Shown piece after piece: positions 47,126 through 56,020 of a DNA stretch of 64,000 nt. Each line of letters opens with the position of its first letter. Within the stretch, counting starts at the first letter, position 1. The notes beneath the pieces are model-generated. The model was not told the DNA's origin. It did not search any database and saw only the letters and a program-made list of their open reading frames with translations. Made by a program: the position numbers and the translations under genes. Source of the stretch: Bacillota bacterium. GTDB taxonomy: Bacteria > Bacillota > Clostridia > Acetivibrionales > DTU013. The stretch lies in NCBI GenBank assembly GCA_023399355.1, contig JAEWQC010000276.1:1714-65713 (forward strand), given 5' to 3'.

Positions 47126-48154
47126 CTATCCTGCTACACCCGATTTATAAATTCTTCTGACAATCGATTCAACGCTTGCATCATTCACAGATAAATCAAC
47201 AATTTCGTTCTTGTCGCATAAAAGCGAAATGATTTCGGAAGCGTTTTCGCAATCCTTCCGGTAGGAGAACCATTTGGTGTTTCCATCTTCCTTTGTAACT
47301 CTCAGACCCGGAGGAACCGTAATGTCGGAATTTGAAAACTCGATTTTCAATATTTTCTCATTTCCAAGATCTTTTTTCATTTGATCCAGGCTATTGTCAT
47401 AGACTAATTTTCCTTTTTCTATGATCATCACTCTTTTGCACAGATCCTCAATATCGCTCATATCATGAGTCGTTAAGATGACCGTAATCTTCCTTTCTTT
47501 GTTTGCCATCCTGATGAAATTCCTCATTTTCTCTTTTGCATAAGGATCCAGGCCTATCGTCGGCTCGTCCAGATAGAGAATGCGCGGATTGTGCAGCAGG
47601 GATGCGGCAATATCGGCTCTCATTCTTTGTCCCAGGCTAAGCTGCCGTACAGGTGCATACATGAACTCTCTCATTTCAAGCACCTCTTGAAACAGCTCCA
47701 GATTTTCTCTGAACTCCTTCACGGGGAGGTCATAAATATGCCGCAGGAGCCTGTAGGAGTCTATGACAGGTAAATCCCACCAGAGCTGCGTTCTTTGTCC
47801 GAATACGACGCCTATCTTTTTTGCATTTTTCTTTCTTTGCCGGTATGGGATCAATCCGTTTACATTTATCGTGCCGGAAGAGGGTGTCAATATCCCTGTC
47901 AGCATTTTTATCGTCGTGGATTTTCCAGCGCCATTCGCACCGATATAGCCGACCATTTCCCCTTCGTCAATGGAAAATGAAATATCATCAACCGCTTTTA
48001 TGTGAACCATCCTCGATCCGGCATCCGGTCTTTCACTTTCCGGCACAGCCGGCGGCGACATCATTCCGGGAGGTATGGGTGGCATATTCCCAGGCGCTTT
48101 TCCGCTCTTTCTCCGATATTCCTTAACCAGATTTTTTACCTCAATCATTTCCAT
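47126..48154 (-). CDS. ABC transporter ATP-binding protein with Pro-rich N-terminal insertion
   Basis: 342 aa. Walker A GANGAGKST, signature LSLGQRMR, Walker B ILYLDEPT. A ~35-aa insert (KSGKAPGNMPPIPPGMMSPPAVPESERPDAGS) lies between the first beta strands. Confidence 0.85.
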   Translation of the reverse strand: MEMIEVKNLVKEYRRKSGKAPGNMPPIPPGMMSPPAVPESERPDAGSRMVHIKAVDDISFSIDEGEMVGYIGANGAGKSTTIKMLTGILTPSSGTINVNGLIPYRQRKKNAKKIGVVFGQRTQLWWDLPVIDSYRLLRHIYDLPVKEFRENLELFQEVLEMREFMYAPVRQLSLGQRMRADIAASLLHNPRILYLDEPTIGLDPYAKEKMRNFIRMANKERKITVILTTHDMSDIEDLCKRVMIIEKGKLVYDNSLDQMKKDLGNEKILKIEFSNSDITVPPGLRVTKEDGNTKWFSYRKDCENASEIISLLCDKNEIVDLSVNDASVESIVRRIYKSGVAG

Positions 48155-48908
48155 TCAACACTCCCTGACCGCAGTGTATCCCATTTTCCCGACAACGTTT
48201 GGAATACATTTGAAGTACTTCTTTCTTAATATGCAGATTCATTTGATATTTTGATTCTTCAGCCAGCTTTTCCGCCACCTCAACAGCAGCGTCAACTACC
48301 CTGCCTCTTTCTAACAGCCTGTTTGCTATACCGGTTTGATAAGCTTCCCATGCATTGATCATATTCCCTCTCAGCAGCAACTCCCTGGCTTTTGGAACGG
48401 CTATAAGGCTTTTCAGCCTGACGCTTCCGCTGCATCCGGTTATAAGGCCCCAGGTTATTTCCGGCTGGGAAAAGATCGCATCCCTGCTGCAAAAGATCAA
48501 ATCGCATGACATTGCAAGCTCCATCCCCGATCCGGCGCAAAATCCGCCCACTGCGGCTATCACCGGAAAATGGAAGGCCTCGATCTCCATAAAGATATTA
48601 ACATTTTTCCAGTTTTCCTTTTTCACTTCATCTTCCTTATCCAACCCTGCTTTCAGAGGCTCGAGAAGGCTGTGTTTGATGTCTTCAAGCTCGGCTCCGG
48701 CGGAAAAATGACGTTTGCTTCCATAAATAACTGCAGCGCCTATGTCATCCCTTTCCCGGATGCTTTTTACCGCCTCATCAAGCTGTCTGAAAAAAATCAT
48801 ATCCATCCTGTTATCAGGCGGGTTGTCCAAAATGATGTGCACCACTCTGTTTTCAACCTGCAGCCTTATTTTTTTCCTGTCCTCCAATATCGCCGCCTCC
48901 GTTAACAT
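48141..48908 (-). CDS. Enoyl-CoA hydratase/isomerase (crotonase) family protein
   Basis: 255 aa. Blocks HFSAGAELEDI and PVIAAVGGFCAGSGMELAMSCD. Confidence 0.8.
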   Translation of the reverse strand: MLTEAAILEDRKKIRLQVENRVVHIILDNPPDNRMDMIFFRQLDEAVKSIRERDDIGAAVIYGSKRHFSAGAELEDIKHSLLEPLKAGLDKEDEVKKENWKNVNIFMEIEAFHFPVIAAVGGFCAGSGMELAMSCDLIFCSRDAIFSQPEITWGLITGCSGSVRLKSLIAVPKARELLLRGNMINAWEAYQTGIANRLLERGRVVDAAVEVAEKLAEESKYQMNLHIKKEVLQMYSKRCRENGIHCGQGVLNGND

Positions 48909-49635
48909 ATTGCTCTATTACCAGCTCCGCAAACATGTGGCACTCTTCTTTCATTGCAGATTCAAAATCCTTTCTTAATGCATTATTCACCGCCCGGATT
49001 GTATATTGGACCGGTTTCCTGCCCATTTCCACAATCCTGCCGAGTACCTCTAAAGCATGGTCAAATGCAGTTTTATCTTCCGTAATGGCATTGACTATCC
49101 CAAACTGCCTGGCATATTCCGCCCCGAACACCTCTCCTGTGAGAGCGATTTCCAGTGTCCTGGATTTGCCAGCAATGGCAAGAAGCCTTTGTAATCCTCC
49201 ATAACCCGGTATGATCTCATGCGAGACCTCCGGAAAACCAAATATCGCTTTCTGTGAGCAATATCTCAACTGGCAGGCAAGAGCTATCTCGAGTCCGGCC
49301 CCCAGGCAAGCTCCATCAATTGCTGCTATTACGGGCTTCTCGATATTTTCCAGGCCATTTATTATTTCCCTTCCGGCTTCGAATAGCTTACCGATTTCTT
49401 CCGTTGTAAATTCACAGCCTGTAAAATAGCTCAGATCCGCACCGGATGAAAAATGCCTGGCCTCTCCGGTTACAAGGATCCCTTCGATATTTTCCCTGTT
49501 GATCCATCGTTTTACAATTTCCGGGTCGGCAAAGTCCGGTCTGGGAATGGCATTTCCCTTTTTCCCCGAAGAAATCCTAAGGATACCAATCCGGCCTCTT
49601 TCCTCCCATTTTAAAATCCCTGACTTGTCTGTCAA
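48853..49635 (-). CDS. Enoyl-CoA hydratase/isomerase (crotonase) family protein
   Basis: Blocks HFSSGADLSYF and PVIAAIDGACLGAGLEIALACQ. Start proposed at the TTG at 49635, preceded by AGGGGAG. The track ORF extends to 49704. Either start overlaps the upstream gene. Confidence 0.7.
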   Translation of the reverse strand: MTDKSGILKWEERGRIGILRISSGKKGNAIPRPDFADPEIVKRWINRENIEGILVTGEARHFSSGADLSYFTGCEFTTEEIGKLFEAGREIINGLENIEKPVIAAIDGACLGAGLEIALACQLRYCSQKAIFGFPEVSHEIIPGYGGLQRLLAIAGKSRTLEIALTGEVFGAEYARQFGIVNAITEDKTAFDHALEVLGRIVEMGRKPVQYTIRAVNNALRKDFESAMKEECHMFAELVIEQYVNGGGDIGGQEKNKAAG

Positions 49636-50767
49636 TTTCTTCACTCCCCTGTGAATATTTTGAGATATATTCCAATACCGGTAATGGTCTGTACAACGAA
49701 TCAATCTCCTGCGAATATTTCTTCAGCCTTTCCACTACAACCTCTGCACCCTCCTGGAATAATGTCCTCACAGGCCCTTTGTCATTACCGTTTATTTCGC
49801 AAAAGATCCTGTCCAATTCCACACAATCCGCATAGCCTCTGTCAACCAATTCAAAACTTGAATTGATATAAAGAAGTTTTATCCGTTCCTTAATCTTTGC
49901 CTTGATTTCTTCCGGGACTTTATTTTCAACAGGCTTTGGAAAATCCTCCTGATTTTTATAGCGGTAAAATCCTTCCCCGCTCTTTTTCCCAAGATGCCCC
50001 TGCTTCAATTTCCCGTTCAGATACTCTCTCAACGGGAAAAAGCTTTCAAATTCCTCCCGGAATTCATAATGTCCGCATATGCAGTTGTAAATGGTATCCA
50101 GTCCGACATTGTCCTTTAGTGTAAACGGCGGAAGGGTATATCCGCTGTCACTGATTATTTCATCCAGATCCGAAAAGGGAATGTGCAATTCCCCGTGAAT
50201 CCGATATGCTTCATTTCCGATAACAGTGAGTACTCTGGTCGTTATACATCCGGTACCCTCACCGATCCGTACGGGTATCTTCCCAATATGCTCAAGGAAT
50301 AAGCATACCTTGTCAACAAGATCCATCGGTGTCCTGTCTCCATATACCACCTCAACTGTCTGCATGTCCTGTACCGGATAAAGGTAATGAACTCCAATCA
50401 GATTATAACGGTCATACTCTGCCGATAACCTGCCCGGTGTAAAGGACGAAGATCCCGTCGCCAGTATTTGTGACGGATTCTTCCCTGACTCAAGAAGCTT
50501 TTGCATGATTTCTCTCTTTATTGAAATCTCCTCTGCCACAAACTCAAATACAATATCACAATCACACAGATCTTCAATTCTGTCGGTAAAAGAAACACAC
50601 AAATCCATCTCGCAATATTTCTTCTTCAGCCTGGCTATCCTGTTTGTATCTCTGATATGGAACACGACAGAATAGTTCGAAAAACGTGATAAGTATTTGA
50701 AAAAGGAAAGGCCCATCTTGCCCCCGCCGCAAATTCCGATGGAGGTAAACGTCTTTGTATCACACAC
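49577..50767 (-). CDS. 3-hydroxyacyl-CoA dehydrogenase-like protein (Hbd-like)
   Basis: 396 aa. N-terminal Rossmann motif IGICGGGKMG and a 3HCDH-like layout. Confidence 0.65.
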   Translation of the reverse strand: MCDTKTFTSIGICGGGKMGLSFFKYLSRFSNYSVVFHIRDTNRIARLKKKYCEMDLCVSFTDRIEDLCDCDIVFEFVAEEISIKREIMQKLLESGKNPSQILATGSSSFTPGRLSAEYDRYNLIGVHYLYPVQDMQTVEVVYGDRTPMDLVDKVCLFLEHIGKIPVRIGEGTGCITTRVLTVIGNEAYRIHGELHIPFSDLDEIISDSGYTLPPFTLKDNVGLDTIYNCICGHYEFREEFESFFPLREYLNGKLKQGHLGKKSGEGFYRYKNQEDFPKPVENKVPEEIKAKIKERIKLLYINSSFELVDRGYADCVELDRIFCEINGNDKGPVRTLFQEGAEVVVERLKKYSQEIDSLYRPLPVLEYISKYSQGSEEIDRQVRDFKMGGKRPDWYP

Positions 50768-51707
50768 AACTCATGACCTCCCTGAATGCATCCCTGCAGT
50801 ATAAAAACCGGTACTCCGGCCTGATCAGGGCGGACATTCTGCACAGGGAGTCCCCCAGCCCGATTTCATAATACTTTTTGAAGCCCATGTCTGCAGCTTT
50901 TTCTATTGTTTTCACCCATGACATGGCGTGCTTGATGTTCCGATAGAGGTCCCGCCTTGCATCATAGGCCGTGCACATTACATCCTGCGTGATTGCGGAT
51001 ATCACCATGATGGACGGATCCTTGAATTCCACCTTGTCAAAAAATTTGCGGAACAGTATTGCGGGCTCATTCATAAAACCGGTATGGTATGGCATCGATA
51101 CAGCAAGCTGTTTACTGTTAATGGCCCCTTCCCTTCCCGCCACTGAACACACCCTGCCTATCCCTTGTTCAGTACCCGACAGCACCATGCTGTACTGATT
51201 GTTTTCATTGATAATAAAGACCTCTGCAAGCATATCCAACTTTCTGATGATGTCCTGTATCTGCCCGTAATCCAAACCGGTAACGACAGCCATCCCCCAC
51301 TTTTCCTTCTTTTGCAGAAATTCCTTCATGAGGCTGTATGCAGCTGCAATCAGATTGATCCCGTCGCTGTAGCTTATTACTCCGCTGCAGTGTAAAGCTG
51401 AATAAAGGCCAATGCTATACCCCGCCAGCACACCCGGCTTTATGTCCCTTTTCAGGTATTCCCGGAATACAAAACAGTTTACCGTATAGATTGAGATTTG
51501 TTCCAGGAGTTCTTTATCCCTGCAGACCTCATCATTGCCGTTTATGAAGTCCCATACATCCACTCCGGATACTTCCTGCGTTTTCCTGCATGACGCCCTT
51601 AATTCGGCCAGACCGGCACTGTCCAAAACATCCATGCACTTGTTGTATCTCATACCGACTCCAGGAAAAAGGAAAGCATAATTGTCTCTGGGATTCATCT
51701 TATTCAA
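50760..51707 (-). CDS. ACP S-malonyltransferase-like acyltransferase (FabD-like)
   Basis: 315 aa. FLFPGVGMRY (compare FxFPGQGxQ) and nucleophile elbow GYSIGLYSAL (compare GHSLGEYSAL). Confidence 0.7.
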   Translation of the reverse strand: MNKMNPRDNYAFLFPGVGMRYNKCMDVLDSAGLAELRASCRKTQEVSGVDVWDFINGNDEVCRDKELLEQISIYTVNCFVFREYLKRDIKPGVLAGYSIGLYSALHCSGVISYSDGINLIAAAYSLMKEFLQKKEKWGMAVVTGLDYGQIQDIIRKLDMLAEVFIINENNQYSMVLSGTEQGIGRVCSVAGREGAINSKQLAVSMPYHTGFMNEPAILFRKFFDKVEFKDPSIMVISAITQDVMCTAYDARRDLYRNIKHAMSWVKTIEKAADMGFKKYYEIGLGDSLCRMSALIRPEYRFLYCRDAFREVMSCV

Positions 51708-53032
51708 CGAACGATCACCTGCCCTGAATACAAATCCGCCACCTGCCTGTAAAACTCCTCTTCCGGCAATGTTGTAGGCAGCACGGAATTTAGTAGATTA
51801 TAATAGGAGAGATCCGTTATTGTAATCTTGTCTTTCACCTCTTCATACAGCGGAGTACCCGGAAAAGGAGTCATGATGGTAAAAACGGAATATTTCAAGT
51901 CATTTGACAGAACAAATTCCTTTATTCTGCGGAAATTCTTTTCTGTATAGCCCGGCTGGATGAGGAAGTTCGCTCTCATATTGATATTGTATTTATGAAA
52001 CATTTCAATCGCTTTCAGATTCTCATACAACGTGGCTTCTTTGTTATAGTGCTTCAGTTCCTCCTCTTCAACCGATTCCAGCCCGACAATGGCTATAACC
52101 ACGCCCATTTCAGCCGCTTTTTTGACCAGATCCTCCCGGTATGCCGCCGTATCGGATCTGATATCCATCATAAAATAGTAATTGAAGTTCTCCCGGATGA
52201 TTCTGTCCATCACCCTGTTGATATGCTCTGTGCTGCCCATGGTATTTGCGTCTATAAACCTGACCACCTTGTACTCCTGCAGCATTTTCAGTTCTTCAAC
52301 AATGTGTTCCACCGCACGTTCGTGATAATGGCCTTTGTTCATGGGCCATATGGAGCAGAAAGTGCACTTGTTCGGACAACCGTATGAAGTTTCAACAGAT
52401 CCCAATGCATCTCCATGAGGCCCAACTCTGTAGGCATCGATATATTTTCTTACCAGGGATCTGTCCGCGCACACATCCGACAGAAGCTTCTCCGGGCATT
52501 GAAACAAGTTCTGATTTTTTGTATAGTAGAATGTTCCGCCTCTGTTTACGGAAATGTTGGGTATCTCTGAAAATCCCTCTTTCTTTCTAGCACACTCGAC
52601 AATCCTTTTGAAAATATATTTGCCATGACCCATGACAGCTATATCGATAGCCGGTCTTTCAAAATCCTGCGGGCAAAGTGTGACATGCACGCCTCCGGCG
52701 ACCGTCAGGATGGCCGGATCCTGATTCTTAACCGTTTCAAATATTTTCATGGCGGAAGGGTATTCGCTTGTAAGGACTGTAACTCCAACCACGTCGGGAT
52801 TAAACGCCGATATTTTCCTTCGAACAGCTTCTTCAACCGGTATATTCAAACCTAACCGGTATTCGGCTTTGAAATCTACGATCTCAACCTCATGCTCCTT
52901 CAGGTTCCCGGCCAGTGAGCACAAGGCGTGAGGGGCGCCTACAGGATTATACCTGCCGACATCCGCCCCGTCTGAATATTTATTAATAAGATTTTTGTCC
53001 GAACAAGGAGGATTTATAAGAAGTATTCTCAC
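51704..53032 (-). CDS. B12-binding-domain radical SAM protein
   Basis: 442 aa. N-terminal MRILLINPP cobalamin-binding-type domain, then SYGCPNKCTFCSIW (CxxxCxxC). Confidence 0.8.
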   Translation of the reverse strand: MRILLINPPCSDKNLINKYSDGADVGRYNPVGAPHALCSLAGNLKEHEVEIVDFKAEYRLGLNIPVEEAVRRKISAFNPDVVGVTVLTSEYPSAMKIFETVKNQDPAILTVAGGVHVTLCPQDFERPAIDIAVMGHGKYIFKRIVECARKKEGFSEIPNISVNRGGTFYYTKNQNLFQCPEKLLSDVCADRSLVRKYIDAYRVGPHGDALGSVETSYGCPNKCTFCSIWPMNKGHYHERAVEHIVEELKMLQEYKVVRFIDANTMGSTEHINRVMDRIIRENFNYYFMMDIRSDTAAYREDLVKKAAEMGVVIAIVGLESVEEEELKHYNKEATLYENLKAIEMFHKYNINMRANFLIQPGYTEKNFRRIKEFVLSNDLKYSVFTIMTPFPGTPLYEEVKDKITITDLSYYNLLNSVLPTTLPEEEFYRQVADLYSGQVIVR

Positions 53033-53045
53033 AGACAGCTCCCCT

Positions 53046-54167
53046 TTAGTATTGTTTTAGCAGAAATCCTGCCTGTATGATTTTACTGACTTCCAGGACG
53101 AAACTGAGTATCTGGTCGTTCTCTTTCAGTTTTTCTTCTCTCAGAAGCTTGTCCATGGTAATCAGAACCATTGGCGAACCGGAATATCCGTACTCATCCA
53201 GTTTGGAATAAAAAGCGCCTGGAGATACCCCCATATCAATACACTTTTCCATAATAAATTGATTGACATGTTCCGCCGGGAAATTAATATTGAAGACAGT
53301 AATCCTTTTCAAGTCGATATCATACTGCTCAATCATTCTTTTCAGACCTTGAATGAATGTATTGACAATCAGACTTTCTCCTGAATTATCGTCGGTCCTC
53401 ATATTGGTCCTTCTTTGGGCGATGTGGTGAAGGCCTTTGTTATACACCTCCAGCGGATTCATGGAATATGCCTGTTTTCTGTTGAACATCATCGGATCGA
53501 GCCCGCAGCCTACGGACTCGATATATGCTGCCTCCAGATAGGTACCTTTTGGTTTTTCACTGTCATCTCTTGTAAATATCATACAGCCCGCACCATCGCA
53601 TAAAAACCACCTTAACATCAGTTCTTCCCTTTTCACCAGCTTCTGGTTGAAAAATTCCGTTCTGGCAGTACTGGAAGCCATATTGGATGTTACCACCATA
53701 ACCGTTTTGTACCTTCCGACAGAAATAAGGTCATGGGCAAGTAAAATGGATTTATAAACTGACGAACAATTTGATTGGATGGATATTTCACCGCAGCTTG
53801 ATATCCCAAGTTCTTCCTGAATGGCTGTACTTGCCGGAGGCATCTGTTCCAGCGATGCGCATCCAAACAGCAGCAACTCTATATCGTCGGGCTTGAATCC
53901 GGCATCATCCATCGCTTTTTTTGCAGCCTTTACAGCCATAGTCACATTGGTCTCAGTGAATTCTCTGGTTTCAGGATCAATTGCGAAATAGTATTGTTTG
54001 ATTCTAAGCATTTCTTTCATAACCGGGTTCATTCCACGCATCCAGTTTTGTATCGCAACCGGTGCCTCCGGCAGTTCCCCCAGAACCCTGTGTATCTCAT
54101 CGAACGGAATCGGCTTGCCAGGCAGGTATGAACCTGTACCTGCCAGTTTAACCATAATTTTTGGCAT
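53046..54167 (-). CDS. KAS III-like condensing enzyme (thiolase superfamily, FabH-like)
   Basis: Start set at the ATG at 54167 (MPKIMVKLAGTGSYLPG, a FabH-type N-terminus) with a G-rich RBS. Putative active-site Cys in IQSNCSSVYKS. The track ORF extends to 54221. Confidence 0.65.
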   Translation of the reverse strand: MPKIMVKLAGTGSYLPGKPIPFDEIHRVLGELPEAPVAIQNWMRGMNPVMKEMLRIKQYYFAIDPETREFTETNVTMAVKAAKKAMDDAGFKPDDIELLLFGCASLEQMPPASTAIQEELGISSCGEISIQSNCSSVYKSILLAHDLISVGRYKTVMVVTSNMASSTARTEFFNQKLVKREELMLRWFLCDGAGCMIFTRDDSEKPKGTYLEAAYIESVGCGLDPMMFNRKQAYSMNPLEVYNKGLHHIAQRRTNMRTDDNSGESLIVNTFIQGLKRMIEQYDIDLKRITVFNINFPAEHVNQFIMEKCIDMGVSPGAFYSKLDEYGYSGSPMVLITMDKLLREEKLKENDQILSFVLEVSKIIQAGFLLKQY

Positions 54168-54204
54168 GACGGACCCCCCTGTAATTTCTATAGATTCTCT
54201 GATT

Positions 54205-54510
54205 TCATTCCAGTTCTGCACTGAATCCTTCTCCGTCCAGAATAAGGGAATAAGCTAACTGCACAGTACTTCCCAGTGTATTTACCGGATTTTTGGTAAG
54301 ATATTTACCTATTTTTCTGAATTCAATATCCAGTGCATATTTCTTTTTCCAGCCTTCCAGCATTTGCAGAATCATTAAAGAATCCCCATCCATGTCTTCG
54401 ATGATATTTGTCTCGTCATTCAGTTTCTCCATATCAATTCCGCACTGATCGGAAAAAAATTCAAAAACGTCCTTTCTGATTTCTCTTTCCAGTTCCTCTG
54501 TTCTTATCAT
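54205..54510 (-). CDS. Acyl carrier protein
   Basis: Start set at the ATG at 54510 (MIRTEELEREIRKDV...) with AGGGAGAAAAG RBS. Phosphopantetheine site DMDGDSLMIL. The upstream part of the track ORF overlaps the KS gene and is rejected. Confidence 0.8.
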   Translation of the reverse strand: MIRTEELEREIRKDVFEFFSDQCGIDMEKLNDETNIIEDMDGDSLMILQMLEGWKKKYALDIEFRKIGKYLTKNPVNTLGSTVQLAYSLILDGEGFSAELE

Positions 54511-54526
54511 TTTCTTTTCTCCCTTT

Positions 54527-55738
54527 CTATGTTTTTTTAAAAACAAGTGTACAATTATGACCGCCAAATCCGAATGAATTGGAGATAGCTGCTTGAACCG
54601 CATGCTTTCTGGTTTTGTTCGGAACATAATCCAGATCGCATTCCGGGTCCGTTTCCGTATAATTGATGGTAGGTGTAACAAGATCTTCAGCAACACTCCT
54701 GACGGTAACCAACGCCTCCAATGCACCGGCGGCTCCAAGAGTATGGCCGATCATGGATTTTGACGAACTGACAGGGATACGGTATGCAAGCTCTCCAAAA
54801 ACATTTTTTATTGCTTTTGTTTCATATAAATCATTGAGGTGTGTAGCTGTCCCGTGTGCATTGATATAATGAATATCCTCCGGTTTCAACCCTGAATTTT
54901 TCAGGGCCAGGTTTATGGTTCTTGCCATTCCCAGCCCCTCCTTTTCAGGGGCAACAATATTATAGGCTTCGGATGTAATACTGTAGCCCGCAAGTTCACA
55001 ATATATTTTTGCATTGCGGTTCAATGCGCTTTCATAACTCTCCAACAGAAGCATCCCTGCACCCTCGCCCATAACAAACCCATCCCGGTTTTTATCGAAA
55101 GGCCTGCATGCTTTCGAACCTGCTGCATTGTTTTCAGACAATGCCATCAACTCATTAAAACCTGCTATTCCCTCTTTCGATACCATGGATTCGGTTCCAC
55201 CCGCAATAACAGCAACAGCCTGGCCGCTTGCTATTCTGTCATAAGCCAGTCCCATTGCATAGGCCGAGGATGCACATGCTGTATTTACAGTGAAATTGGC
55301 TCCTTTTATACCGAATTCGAGGCTTATCCAGGCCGAGAGAGAATTAATCATGCTTCTGACGATATACTCCCCTTCCCGTTTTCCTTCAACACTTGTATAA
55401 CCGCTGCCTGTGGCACCGATAATCACTTCTGTCCTTTCCTTGTCCAACCCGTCCTGAAGCTTAGCATCCGCGATTGCCTCACGAGCTGCAATCAAAGCAA
55501 ATTCTCCAATCCTGGTCATTTTTATCCTGTTTCTTTTTTTAATACTTGCAAAGGCAATCTCCTCAAATCCCGCAGGTACTTCTGCCGCTATCCTTGTGAT
55601 GGAATCGCTTGTATCAAAGAGGGTGATATTTCCTACCCCGGAATGCCCCTGCACAAGCTGGTCCCATGTTTGACTTACATTCAGTCCCAGGGATGTTACG
55701 GCTCCCAAACCTGTTACGACTACTTTCCGCCTCGACAT
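54527..55738 (-). CDS. Beta-ketoacyl-ACP synthase II-like (FabF-type KS)
   Basis: 403 aa. Active-site Cys in VNTACASSAYA, plus His blocks NAHGTATHLND and KSMIGHTLGAAG. First gene of the long operon. Confidence 0.9.
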   Translation of the reverse strand: MSRRKVVVTGLGAVTSLGLNVSQTWDQLVQGHSGVGNITLFDTSDSITRIAAEVPAGFEEIAFASIKKRNRIKMTRIGEFALIAAREAIADAKLQDGLDKERTEVIIGATGSGYTSVEGKREGEYIVRSMINSLSAWISLEFGIKGANFTVNTACASSAYAMGLAYDRIASGQAVAVIAGGTESMVSKEGIAGFNELMALSENNAAGSKACRPFDKNRDGFVMGEGAGMLLLESYESALNRNAKIYCELAGYSITSEAYNIVAPEKEGLGMARTINLALKNSGLKPEDIHYINAHGTATHLNDLYETKAIKNVFGELAYRIPVSSSKSMIGHTLGAAGALEALVTVRSVAEDLVTPTINYTETDPECDLDYVPNKTRKHAVQAAISNSFGFGGHNCTLVFKKT

Positions 55739-55954
55739 CGTATTTCTCCTGCTTTCATATTATGTTATATAATTACATCTTTTACAATTATTATATTTCG
55801 AATTATGCACATTTTCTACTACCGAAATAGATAAGTATCCTTGATAAAGTTTTAAAGGATTAAATTCCACTCTATCTGACAATTTAACAATGCTGGATAA
55901 TTTTTATCGAGATTGATTTTACAGAAAATACTGCACTAAATTTATACAAAAAGC

Positions 55955-55984
55955 TAAAAAATAAGTACAACTTGATCGTTGTAC
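55955..55984 (-). terminator. Intrinsic terminator of the LuxR-family gene
   Basis: Minus strand: GUACAAC-GAUCAA-GUUGUAC followed by UUAUUUUUUA. It separates the regulator transcript from the biosynthetic operon. Confidence 0.6.
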
Positions 55985-56020
55985 ATCATTTGAGTGTTTC
56001 CATATCCAATGGAATACCGC

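Noticed and set aside
48141-49704. Interpretation of the two crotonases as a polyketide beta-branching (HMGS) cassette
   Set aside because: I could not recognise an HMG-CoA-synthase-type enzyme or a decarboxylative KS(S) partner. The KAS III-like gene looks FabH-like rather than HMGS-like by eye. The idea is left open but not claimed.
54511-54738. N-terminal 76 aa of the 177-aa track ORF 54205-54738
   Set aside because: This part lies antisense-free but entirely inside the 3' end of the KS gene, in another frame, and has no protein-like features. The ACP homology begins at the ATG at 54510, which has a strong RBS.
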